Positions 53,615 through 64,000 of a DNA stretch of 64,000 bases are shown here, piece by piece (within the stretch, counting starts at the first letter, position 1; the number at the start of each line of letters is the position of its first letter). The translations under genes were made by a program, and so were the position numbers. Origin of the DNA: Amoeboaphelidium protococcarum X5 (lineage: Eukaryota > Fungi > Aphelidiomycota); NCBI GenBank assembly GCA_023515725.1, contig JALDTO010000235.1:294371-358370 (forward strand). The letters are read 5' to 3'. Under the pieces are notes generated by a model. It was not told the origin of the DNA. It worked only from the letters and a program-made list of their open reading frames with translations, and ran no database searches.

Positions 53615-54517
53615 ATGTCTTAGTCATCATAGTAGTAGTAATAGTAATAGTAAAGTGCAAGAAGGAAAGAGTACTTGTTCAAAATCTTGATCATTGGCGA
53701 CCTGGGAACTGGGAAGACTAGTATAATAAAGAGGTATGTGCATGACATCTTCAGTGGATCATACAAGAGTACGATAGGTGTCGACTTTGCCCTCAAAGTT
53801 TTATAGTATCCGTTCACTTCTAATGGCAATGATGGATAATCTCCGGAAGATTCATCTTCACCGGCAGCTGGCATATAGTAAAGTAAGACGTAGGAAGCTG
53901 TGGTGAGACTCCAACTCTGGGACATTGCTGGTCAGGAGCGATTTGGTAATATGACCAGAGTCTATTATAAGGAGGCTGTTGGAGCTCTTATTGTATTCGA
54001 TCTATAGAAAGCTAATGAGAGCTGGATTAAAGATGGGAATTTGACTGCGGCGATGGATGGAGTCAGAAAGTGGAAATCAGATTTGGACTCTAAAGTTAAT
54101 CGCTTCGACTACAAAGACTCTATTGATAGTTAATCAGGTGGGAGTTAAGGATCATTATCAGTAAAGAATGGATAAACTTCTTCTAGAGATCAATTAATAA
54201 AAGAAGCACCAATACCAGCAATCTTACTTGGGAATAAGGCAGATCTAGTACCGAATAACCAAGAAATTGCTGATGAACTGCGCTCCTTCTGTCAGGAGTC
54301 TGGATTCTATAGCTGTTATTTGACCTCTGCCAAAGAGGGTAGTGGAATTGATGAAGCTGTGCGATAACTTGTGGAATTGATTGTTTAGAATGAGTTTGCT
54401 CGGTAGTAGTATGTGTAATTATATGGATCTACAGATTTGAATAAGGCCAAGAATACTGTTAGATTAACTTCAGCCTCTGGTGGTTCTCCATCCAACTCTA
54501 AAGGTTGCTGTGCGTGA
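53615..54517 (+). CDS. RAB32: Rab32/38-family small GTPase (300 aa)
   Basis: [34 protein letters not shown], diagnostic [29 protein letters not shown]-terminal CCA. Confidence 0.92.
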
Positions 54518-54615
54518 TTACGGTCATAGAGCATCTCTCGGTACTGTATACTGTATATGGTGATATATAGTGTGAAAAAGTATTGTGCAAGTATATACTG
54601 ATTATATGATTACAT

Positions 54616-55443
54616 TTAACAGCATTTACTTTTGGAGTCACGCGTTATACTTTGAGAAGAGTTTGCGCTACCACCACCATCAGCAGCAGCGGAACCATTT
54701 AACTTTATAATCTTGTTATCTTTAGATGGATTATGTTATGATATTCTGACTCCTTTGGACGATTACTACAACTGAGTATCAGAAGAGGTGGCAAACTTGT
54801 TCAGCATCATCTTGCTCAGTTAAAGATACACCAGGTCAACATTTAAGCCAGATTTTGCACTCGCTTCACAATAACATATATCACCAATAAGAGTCTAGTC
54901 TTATAACTGTGTAGAATCAGCATTGATTACGGTACAATTGTACGGAGTTAGAATCGTGTCCTGCAAGTCCTACTTTGTGATCCCAGCCACCTTACCAGTC
55001 ACATCCCCTTCCCCAACTAGATCCTTCTTATTACCAACAATGACAATTTAAATTTCATTAAGAGCATTCTATCGCACCTCTTCCACCCACTAACCAACTT
55101 TGTGCATCGTATCCACATTGGTCAGATCAAATACGATCACCGCACCATGAGCATTGCGGTAATAGATCGGGGAGAGGGCGTGATACTACTCCTGGCCAGC
55201 AGTGTCGCTAATATTCAGTTGGACGTGTCGCTGCACTCTGCGAGCCATATCCGGCACAGTGAGCTTCTTTGTGGCACTCGACGCCCTGATGGTGGGTATA
55301 TGCGAGACATTAAACGAGTCATTTACGTACCTGTTCATGAGCGACGTCTTGCCAACACTTCCCTCACCTAGCATTACCACTTTAAATGTACTCGCACTTG
55401 AACCGCTATTACTATTACTTTATTATTGTTATCTCAAACTCAT
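54616..55443 (-). CDS. RAB21: Divergent Rab21-like small GTPase; apparent end at KCC followed by TAA (true stop uncertain)
   Basis: FKVVMLGEGSVGKTSL, HIPTIRAS, DTAGQEQYHALSPIYYRNAHGA, GNKKD, EASAK, SKSKCC. Confidence 0.75.
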
Positions 55444-55840
55444 TCCTGCAATAGATAATATTATTATTGTCTAGACTACAAGGTCCGATTGGTACAATGG
55501 GAAGAGTAAAAGGGAATGAACGAACGAACGATCAAAGCGCGTGTTGAGGGTTTTATGAATGAAAGGCGCCTGATACAACCACTTTGAAAGTACACTTCAC
55601 GCCATACATTTAATTCTACTTAGAGATTTTTACCTTTTTAGAAAGAGGATTCAGGTAATGTAAAGAAATTTCACATTATGCTGCAGATGCAATAATATGC
55701 CATACTTTAATATTTAGTAGGCAGTAATTGTCATTGATTGAAACTTATGATTGATTAACTCATAATTGAAATCGAGTCATTTACTCTGCCTCCTTCTACT
55801 ATTCGCTCGCTCTATTGCAAAAGAGTCACATTCTAATGAT

Positions 55841-57244
55841 ATGATTTATCAAATACAATATACAGTCCTATTATTATTAGTGGTGGTGGTTTAAATATAA
55901 GTTTTAGTTGTATCTGGTGCAGATAGGTGTGGCAATGTGCCTAGTTGCTGGATAGACATCAATATGTGTCATTAACCAGCAGTGAAATGTAATGGCTATT
56001 TCTGTCAGAATGTCTGCCTCAAGTACACCAACGATACTTCCATGAATTTCATTTAGTAGAATAGAGCGTACATTGATTATGATGAGCGGATTGATTGAGT
56101 ACCGCTGATAGGCACTCATAACTCTTGGATCAGTAACGCGTATGGTATCGGCGTTGAGGAATTGGACGCGTCGCGCATTTTGAGACTGAGCGGATTGTTT
56201 TCCATTGCCACCACTTCATTATTAGGAGCTGGACGTGGGAATGATCGAGTAGTGATTGCCAACTAGCGGCTCTCTGTTACTGATTAGTTGGTGCATGGTG
56301 TAAGGCACTTGGAACTTGATATCCACTATAATCGTTTTGGGAATACCAGTGATATTAGTGTTTGTCATTGGCCAATTACACCTCTTAATTTTGTATTGTA
56401 TGTCGAGATTGCACAGCTGAAATTGCTGGTTGATTCCGTTTTTGAACGCTTATAGTAGTAATAATTGTCGTTTTAAGATGACAGGTTGGGCAAAGGAGAT
56501 GCTTTGGGACGCGCTGATAATTTATTTCAACTCATCTCTTAGAATACTTTCGAGGATATCTATGAGCGCATTTCGTTGGAAGATGTTTATGAAATTAGGT
56601 ATCACATTGAATCGCTGTGTAATACTAAATCGAGATACAAGTGGTAGGAGTGGAACAAGTCTAATCTTGGTTGTCAGTCGACTCTGTATAGATTGAGTAT
56701 GCGCGATGCTCTCCTGGAAGTGCACACGTTTCTTTAACAGTATCCAGAAGAATTTGTGATTATTTATTTGGATTCGCGTGTACCATAGAGTAAGTTTTTA
56801 CTATTCCAGTAAACTGTTTTATCTGTATATTTAGAGGGGACTGTTTTCACTCCTCGAGATTGGCGTGCGTCATACAATGCAACGTTCCCATCCATGAGGC
56901 AATTGATCGATGCTGGGTATCGAGTCATGTTTGAGTTGTATGACCGCAATGGGTGGTTTAAATCAAAGCGGTATGGTTAGCAGGCTAGAGAATTTATATT
57001 CAATCGTAATGATCTATGGCAAGAGTTTAAAATCACTCAGTTTGATCCTTAGTCCTGCACTGTGAACGGGCATTCTACAAAAGATGGCATAAAAAGCTGG
57101 CGTGCTCTAGACACATCTTTATCACTTGGTCCGTCAATATTATTCAACACCAGTGAACCTACAATTGACTCTAAAGATCGCGCTCTGCTCCGAGATTGTA
57201 ATGTCTAAAGGCTAGCTTTAGACTAATTTGTGCCATGGAGTTGA
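55841..57244 (+). CDS. Secreted PI-PLC X-domain-like phosphodiesterase with one in-frame TGA (56096-56098); possibly a pseudogene allele
   Basis: Signal peptide, Cys-rich N-terminus, GTHNS, NQRLSVTDQLVHGVRHLELDIH, VCH, YPEEFVIIYLD; frame otherwise intact for 468 codons. Confidence 0.7.
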
Positions 57245-57304
57245 ATTTCACTGTTTAAATACAACTTACATAAGACTTGTGTCATAAAAAGTGCTCTTAT
57301 GTGA

Positions 57305-57635
57305 TTAAACTTTGAATACAGTTACTAAAACCATTCGTTTCATTGTCTACTGTCTTGGTTCAACTTGGGAACTAAAACTATTGAACAGCGACAAATGTCG
57401 CACTTGGTGTTTGCAGAGCAGCGACAATTGTCGCAGTGTTGCAAAACGATTGTAAAACTCAGCATTCAGCAGGCTCGCTGTCCATTGAGTGGTGGATTAA
57501 AATATACTCGACCAGCAATTGAACTATTCTAATACAAATTCCCCATGCTGGATAAGGCAAACTTATTCACTAAGACATGTGCGACAAATGTCGCAGTGTT
57601 GACAAGCTGCATTGGCAGAACTGATTAAAGTTTAA
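57305..57635. mobile_element. Candidate non-autonomous TIR element (MITE) flanked by TTAA with three internal 14-bp palindromes
   Basis: Ends ttaaactttgaatacagtt and aactgattaaagtttaa are imperfect inverted repeats; GCGACA-WW-TGTCGC occurs at 57388, 57421 and 57581. Confidence 0.45.
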
Positions 57636-57675
57636 TATCTTAATAAAAACGTGCTTATAACAACATTATATATAT

Positions 57676-59370
57676 TCAAGGTATTCTACTTTTAAACATC
57701 GTAAATCGTCCGATATTCTCGAGGTTTAGAGGAGTTTCCGGCTCTATGCGGATATCATCTTGACTGTCCAGTATGCGCGCTTCTCTCAGGAGGGATAGTT
57801 GAGAAGGTGAATGCATCATTACACTAGAATCATCTCTATCCATCGCTTTCATTTCTCGGACACTATCTCTGTCACCTCCTACAACTGTAGTCTTTTCATT
57901 CTAATCTAGTTACTTTGGCGAATCTTGATATTCTTCTTTTTATTAATGTACACCACTATCGCTATTAATGCTTCGCTTATCCGACATTGGGGAACTCGGC
58001 ATGGATTAGAATCTGACTAATTATGCTTTAACTGCAGGAGATAAAAGAGTAGTCGAGTCCACTTCTTTAAATTGAATAATCCTTCGAGTTCCCGCAGATG
58101 GTGTAGATGTAATATTAGATTAAAAAGCGGTAGCTGATGTATATCTCTGCGACATTGCTACCAAATAAGTACTCACACGGTACTTGATAAAGATTAAAAT
58201 GATCAGAATCGCACCCATCATACTCACTAATCGTACAGCACCTTATAAAGTATCCAACCTATCAATACCATTCAGCTGGACAATCATTAAACGTAGAAAT
58301 AAGCATGCCAGCGGTAAATTAGAAAATCCAATTCTCTGAGCGACAGATTGACCAACATCGAATACAGATCCGCGCTAATTTGTCAATAAGTCTCGACTTA
58401 GAATCTCCACATACCTGGCATAAACATCAGGCTTGAGTAAATTAAACTTTGTAATAAACGCATGCTTAATCCAGTCAATTGCAATCTCACTGGCATAAAT
58501 GGAGATGCAAGAGTACAATAGCACATGCTTCTACTCAAGAACGGCAGTGGAACTGAATGGATTCTACATAAGCCATCCCCACCATTAATCATACGAAATC
58601 TAACTGAATTCAAGAGCATTTCTAACAAATATCAGTACCAGGAATATGGACAGATTAAATCGCTCAATTATATCCGCCATACTAAGTTGAAATAGATTTT
58701 CTGCAGAGAACTTTTTAAAGACTGAGCCTTTGATTTCAACAAATTGATTACTAACAAGAAGAGTAAGTAGCGCATTATTATGACTATTAATGGCCACGTT
58801 AAGAGTCATCACCTAGTAGAATAGAACCATAGAGTGCATTATCAGATACAGGAATGCGAGTATCCATTTACCTGAAGCATGTAATAACACCCACCCATCA
58901 CCCTCGCCCTATCTATATGCTGCATGCAAGACATCCTGGCCGAAGGATGAACACAATTTATCGCAAATCTCCAGCACATTATAGATCACGTACAATTTCA
59001 GCGTAGACTGACCGCGAATCGAATGATACATTTTACTAGAATCAACTTGCATTAGACAGAGAACAGATGACATTAGAAGGGAGGATTGTATCAGATACTC
59101 AAGGTGCTTTTTATTGCTAACATTCCGCTTGCATTGTAATAGATTAACAATGGCATACAGCGTTCTAAGAGGCAAGATGGTGAATACGCCGAGGAATGAG
59201 TTGACGCATATCATATACCCATAAAACATTAATCTTTCAACTTGAGCAGGTATCGCCATAAAGTTGTATACTCTTTGAGTTTGAGTATCGCTGTCAGACT
59301 CTGTCTCTTATACGGTATCATTTTATTATCTTCTATCCAGAAGTTAATCTAAAATTGATGTCAAGTCCAT
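57676..59370 (-). CDS. TAPT1: TAPT1/Emp65 (DUF747) ER membrane protein (564 aa)
   Basis: YHSIRGQSTLKLYVIYNVLEICDKL, TLNVAINSHNNALLTLLVSNQFVEIKGSVFKKF, DWIKHAFITKFN, C-terminal RFTMFKSRIP. Confidence 0.92.
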
Positions 59371-59880
59371 TTTTACAGTATGTAATGAAAATCTATTAAA
59401 ATAACGTTTGCTTTTAGAAATCAGAAAGAGAATTTGGCACTGAACGCCCACCTATGTTTCTCAATGCTTTCTGATATAAAACTTCGTGAAAACATAAACC
59501 AAAATTATGTTGAGGCGCGCATAAAGGACATTAATAAGGGTATAGCTAGGATTCAACTTACATGTTCAAAAAGATATGATAAGGACTGCCAAAAATTAAG
59601 TGATTTCGCCGAGTGTCGATCTCGGTACCTCAAGCGTGTTAAGCTTGCGCTCTTCCGGCGTGAGCTACGAAACCTCGAGATACGATGAAATTTTTTAAGC
59701 AATATTATAAAATATCACTGCTGCCTCATCAAGTGATAATTGGGATTATACACCATCCCACGCATCGTGTCGCAGCCGCGTTCTATACTCTACTGAAGAT
59801 GCCTGCAAAGTAAAAAATATATCATTATAATATTCATTGCATTCATTTTGTAAAAATCTTGTTCAAATATTTCCCACATA

Positions 59881-62800
59881 TCATACCGGTGCGAACTTCT
59901 AAATTTCACCAACGATCGCTGCGGCAGTAGGCCTCATAGACGGATCTTGTGTCCATGTAAGTTGAATAATTTGATATAGCATCTAAGCACGATTATCTGA
60001 AAATTTAGCTTCCGGCCTTATACCTGATAGAATCATTTCGCTCACTTACACTGCTTTATAACTTTCCCAAGCCTTTCTACGCGCTAAAATCTCAAACATC
60101 ACCACAGCGCCAGCATACACATCTCTTGCAGGGAGAAGCAGCTCGGGCACTTGGAGTTTAGACAAAACCTCCGGTGCAGCATACTTGACAGAGTGTCCTT
60201 TCAACTGATTCCATTACATGCCTTACACCACATTGGCCCGCGATAGAAGTGTGCATATACCAAAGTCCGTCAATGCTACTCTAAAATCGTCATTTCCGTC
60301 CTTGTACACCAAGTAATTACCGGACTTGATGTCATTATGGACTACAGCATTCTAATGAAGGATCATCATTGCGGTAACAACGTCAAAGCATAACATCGCC
60401 TGCAAGTCAAAAGAGTAATCCACCGCTTAAGCTCGATTCAGGATAAGCTACTCCAGCGAACCAAGTTCGTAATTTATCATTAGCAAGATATTATTTTGAC
60501 CATCAAATCCTACCAACTTTGCAATTTGATCATAGCCTTAAAACCTCCACATCAGAGCAATTTCCTAATGAATGCTATCTCTCTGCACATTGCCAATGAA
60601 GCATTTCGCTGCTACAAATTTTGCACCACTTGTAGCATAAGGATGCCCTGCCGGATAATCAAAGACCTCCGCAACTTAAATCTCAGCTTATCCTCCCTTG
60701 TTGATGAAGGAATTGGGCACCATTCTAAAGTTCAGATCACGCTTCAACTCCAAATATGCAGGCACCGCAACTTCCATCGACGTATTCATAAAAGTTGTCC
60801 CACCCATCGCGGTACCTCCTGTTTATATCGCCGTCCCAATCGTAGCATTTAATGTTTGATCAGTCATACCTCCAAAATTCCTTAATAACAGCATCTTGGA
60901 AGATCTCATGCGTGACTTGATGTACCTGCGCCTAATGCAGTACATAGATAGCAGAACCAGCAACAAAATCAAAACGCACACAATGGCAATGATTATAATA
61001 TAAAGTGGCATCATAGAGGACTGAGTGCCAGGCTATACTTGTCCTTTCACGTCGTCGTCACGAGAGGTACTAGCAGGAATGGAAGAACTGTGTTGATTCG
61101 AATTCCACGCGAATGACATATACGACGCCTAATTAAGCGAGGGCGCAGAATTAGACATCTGGCCAGCTGTACCAGAAGTGGACACAACACTGACTTTGCT
61201 AACATTATAGTATGATGTCGAATTAACCATGCTTGTGATAGCCACTACAGCTGACAGTATACTCACAGACGTCGTGGTGCTAGCAGGAGTAGAGGTAGTC
61301 GTAGTAGATGTAATACTCGTCGTCACAGTCGTAGTTGTAGTTGCGGTAGTTGTCGTAGGAGTAGTAATACTAGTGGTTGTAGTTGATGTAGTAGGAGTCT
61401 TTATAGTGGTAGTGGTCGTTGTCGTAGTCGAGGCTGTCGTTGTCGTGGTAGTTGCTATTAGAGTAGTAACACTAGGTGTAGTCGTGACAGATTTAGATGT
61501 CGTATAAGATATTATCGGAGCAGTAGTCTTGGTGGTGGTTGTGGTCGGAGTAGTGGTGGTGGTGGTGGTACTTGTGGTTGTCGCAATAAACCCATTGTCC
61601 AAATACTTTGCAAACACGTAACCACTACCAGACGACGGCAAATCCAGACCATTATTGCCGGAACTATCGAATATTTTGGATGCGCCACTAAAATTACCAG
61701 CCAGAATCAAGCTATTGTCATACCCTTTCAGAATTTCACGGACGGAGATGCCAGTACCACGGAAACTATATAACAACTTTCCAGATGGACTAAACTTCAA
61801 TACAGTTGACGGAGAGGATGGTATATCCCACTTGGTTCCTAATCCATCAACCACTCCCACTGACGACGATGAAAATTATGCCGCAACGTAAACATTAGAA
61901 TTAGTGTCGACAGCACAATGAACCGCTTAATCATCGCCTGCCCCGTCCATAGTCGCAACGTAAATAAGAGAACCCTGTGGACTGTAGGTCGCCACAAAGC
62001 CACTTAGCATTACCCGACTTGGATTAACACTGCGGACTAATTAACCGCTAGTGTCGTAAAATCCAAGAGGGTAAGCTGTGTTCTAATACTAACCAACGAG
62101 GACAACATTCCCATTTGGTGACACACTTAGGGAGTTTGGTTACGGTTGCGAATCGTCAATGCGCACCAACCATTAAAAGACACCAGCACTATTTAACTTG
62201 GCCAAAAACAGAGCGGATTTCAGATTCGTGTTGCTTTGTTAGGTGGTGTAAAGCTGGTTTGTAGAATCACGAATACCGAGTAAGCCAATTGGAGTCTTTT
62301 AACCATTCAATACATCGTCCCCAAAAGTGAAAGATCCAGATACGTACACATCACCAGTTGATTACGACACGGCAATAGCAGAGTTACACGTAACCACTGC
62401 AGCATGACCGAAATTAACTTTCCATAGCTAAACACCACTGGGATTTACCTTTCGCAAATTACAGACAGAAGTTGGGATACCAAAGCTAATTCCCCCAACC
62501 GTATACCTAAAATCTTAGTAAACTTACGACATTTGAAAAATTTTATTATCAGAATCAACTGCAAGTCCCTTTATCGGTAAAAATTCATTAGCTAGACGTG
62601 AAGTCCACTAAAATTGACCTGCTGATGACCACTTAGCTTGCCATGACGATGTTGGGCCAAAGGACGAATAATAGACCTGCACTTAATTAAAATAAAACCT
62701 TATTGCTGAACCTGCATCATACATCTGGCCCGTGGCTATTAGATTGCCTGAATTGTCTGTGGTCAATTAATGGCTGTAAACGCCTCCGGTGCTACACATG

Positions 62801-63093
62801 GATATTGTCCACAAAATCTAGCCAGTCGAGCCATTAATTTTTACAATAGAAGTGGACTATTACCCATAATCGACATTACTCGTATTTTAGACAGCACCAT
62901 CAAATGAGTTAACAAACTGAGATTGAACATTGTTGTACCAATATGATACAAAGAAGTCACCATTGAGGTCAGTCACAGTGTCGATGTACTATACCATGTT
63001 GTTTGAAAGCGTGCCAACCCATGATACATTCGCCCATTCACTTGTTACAGCTGTACCAAACCAGCCAATGCCAAGAATTACAGATAGAAGCAT
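59881..63093 (-). CDS. Propeller receptor kinase copy F (1070 aa), non-RD kinase, inverted relative to A-E
   Basis: Same architecture; HNDIKSGN, DFG, YAAPE; no internal TGA found on reading. Confidence 0.9.
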
Positions 63094-63593
63094 TAGTTGT
63101 TGTTAGAATTAGTGTAAGCAATCTAGCGATTAAGCAGAGTTCAGTCAATAGTAATAGTAATAGTTGGATGCGCTATTATTTTATTACTTAAATAAATTGC
63201 ATCTATTAAGCTGAATAAGATAAGACCATGATAAAGCGATGAACCGATATGCATCACTTTCGGTCTAAAAATAGCTACGCTGGAACACGCAGGTTGCTAC
63301 AATACGCGGATCAATGTTATTTATGCAGCGATTCAAAAGCTAAGATCCCTGTTATGCGATATAGCAAAATTATTCGCACCTAAGTAAACCATTGTGAAAG
63401 CGTAGTATTCAAATTACAATGGTAAACATACAGTAAATGATATGGGCTATAAAAGCAAATCCGATCAACCATGTAAAGTTTTTACCTCACTTTAAATGAT
63501 CAAAAATCTTATGCATAGCGATTTAACCACAAGCAGAGTATCAACACGAAACTTTATTACACTTCATGAGAATCACCAAAAGCTCATCTAATT

Positions 63594-64000
63594 TCAAAAC
63601 CACTGATTGTATGGAACATTGTTCTGGAATGGACCTGATGACTGCTATTACCCATTCTACAAAGGTTACCCAGATTTGACATCATTAGCGGCAGGTCCAT
63701 TTGGAGCAGTATTAGCACTTTACACATTGCCAAACATATCAAACAAACTTGGCTCATTTCCTGCCATCCTAAACGCACTGTACTTATCAGAGGGATCAGG
63801 CTGCTATTACTACTATTAGTTGAAACTGTTCTGATTATACTATTACGATGTTGATGATTATGACACCTGCTGATGAGAATACATCTACTACTGCTACTAA
63901 CCATACATATTACTGCCACCAGATGACATATTGCCGCCTATGTTTTGCTGAGGTATAGCAGGAGCAAACGAATTTTGTGAAAACAAATCAGTAGAAAAAG
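63594..64000 (-). CDS. 3' end of a Gln/Asn-rich low-complexity protein (partial), possibly an endocytic adaptor
   Basis: Open table-6 frame with poly-Q runs of mixed TAG/TAA/CAG, a DKYSAFR motif, ending NQWF-TGA. Confidence 0.55.

Noticed and set aside
54544-54613. Cryptic intron (GTAATC...ATACAG) rescuing the Rab21 stop
   Set aside because: Neither candidate acceptor (63 or 70 nt) brings a TGA close to the CC motif, and neither matches the TGTAG acceptor seen in all other introns.
59434-59688. 84-aa plus-strand ORF between TAPT1 and receptor F
   Set aside because: Non-ATG start in the track, no recognisable motif, and it overlaps the likely TAPT1 promoter; cannot be supported.

Overview
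Gene-dense eukaryotic nuclear DNA using a non-standard code: TAA and TAG encode Gln and TGA is the only regular stop (table 6). The supplied ORF track is therefore fragmented, and re-reading gives about 25 long genes. The fungal-type genes (Bud4-like PH protein, Emp65/TAPT1, U24 snoRNA in the RACK1 intron), phagotroph-type Rab32/Rab21 and many receptor-like kinases fit an aphelid such as Amoeboaphelidium protococcarum (inference). The main find is a six-copy receptor family: signal peptide, 7-bladed SBBP-like beta-propeller with hypervariable blades, variable-length poly-Thr stalk, one TM helix and a non-RD (HND) kinase. It has four intact copies, one kinase-less copy and one pseudogene, with recombination mosaics and a shared upstream MEF2/Rlm1-type box; it is a candidate diversifying recognition system. 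Also present: housekeeping genes, degenerate MULE, hAT and Ty3/Gypsy remnants, a candidate TTAA-flanked MITE, nine introns that all end in TGTAG, and two stop-codon anomalies (a Rab21 ending CC-TAA and a PLC-like gene with one in-frame TGA). All translations were done by hand and no database searches were run.
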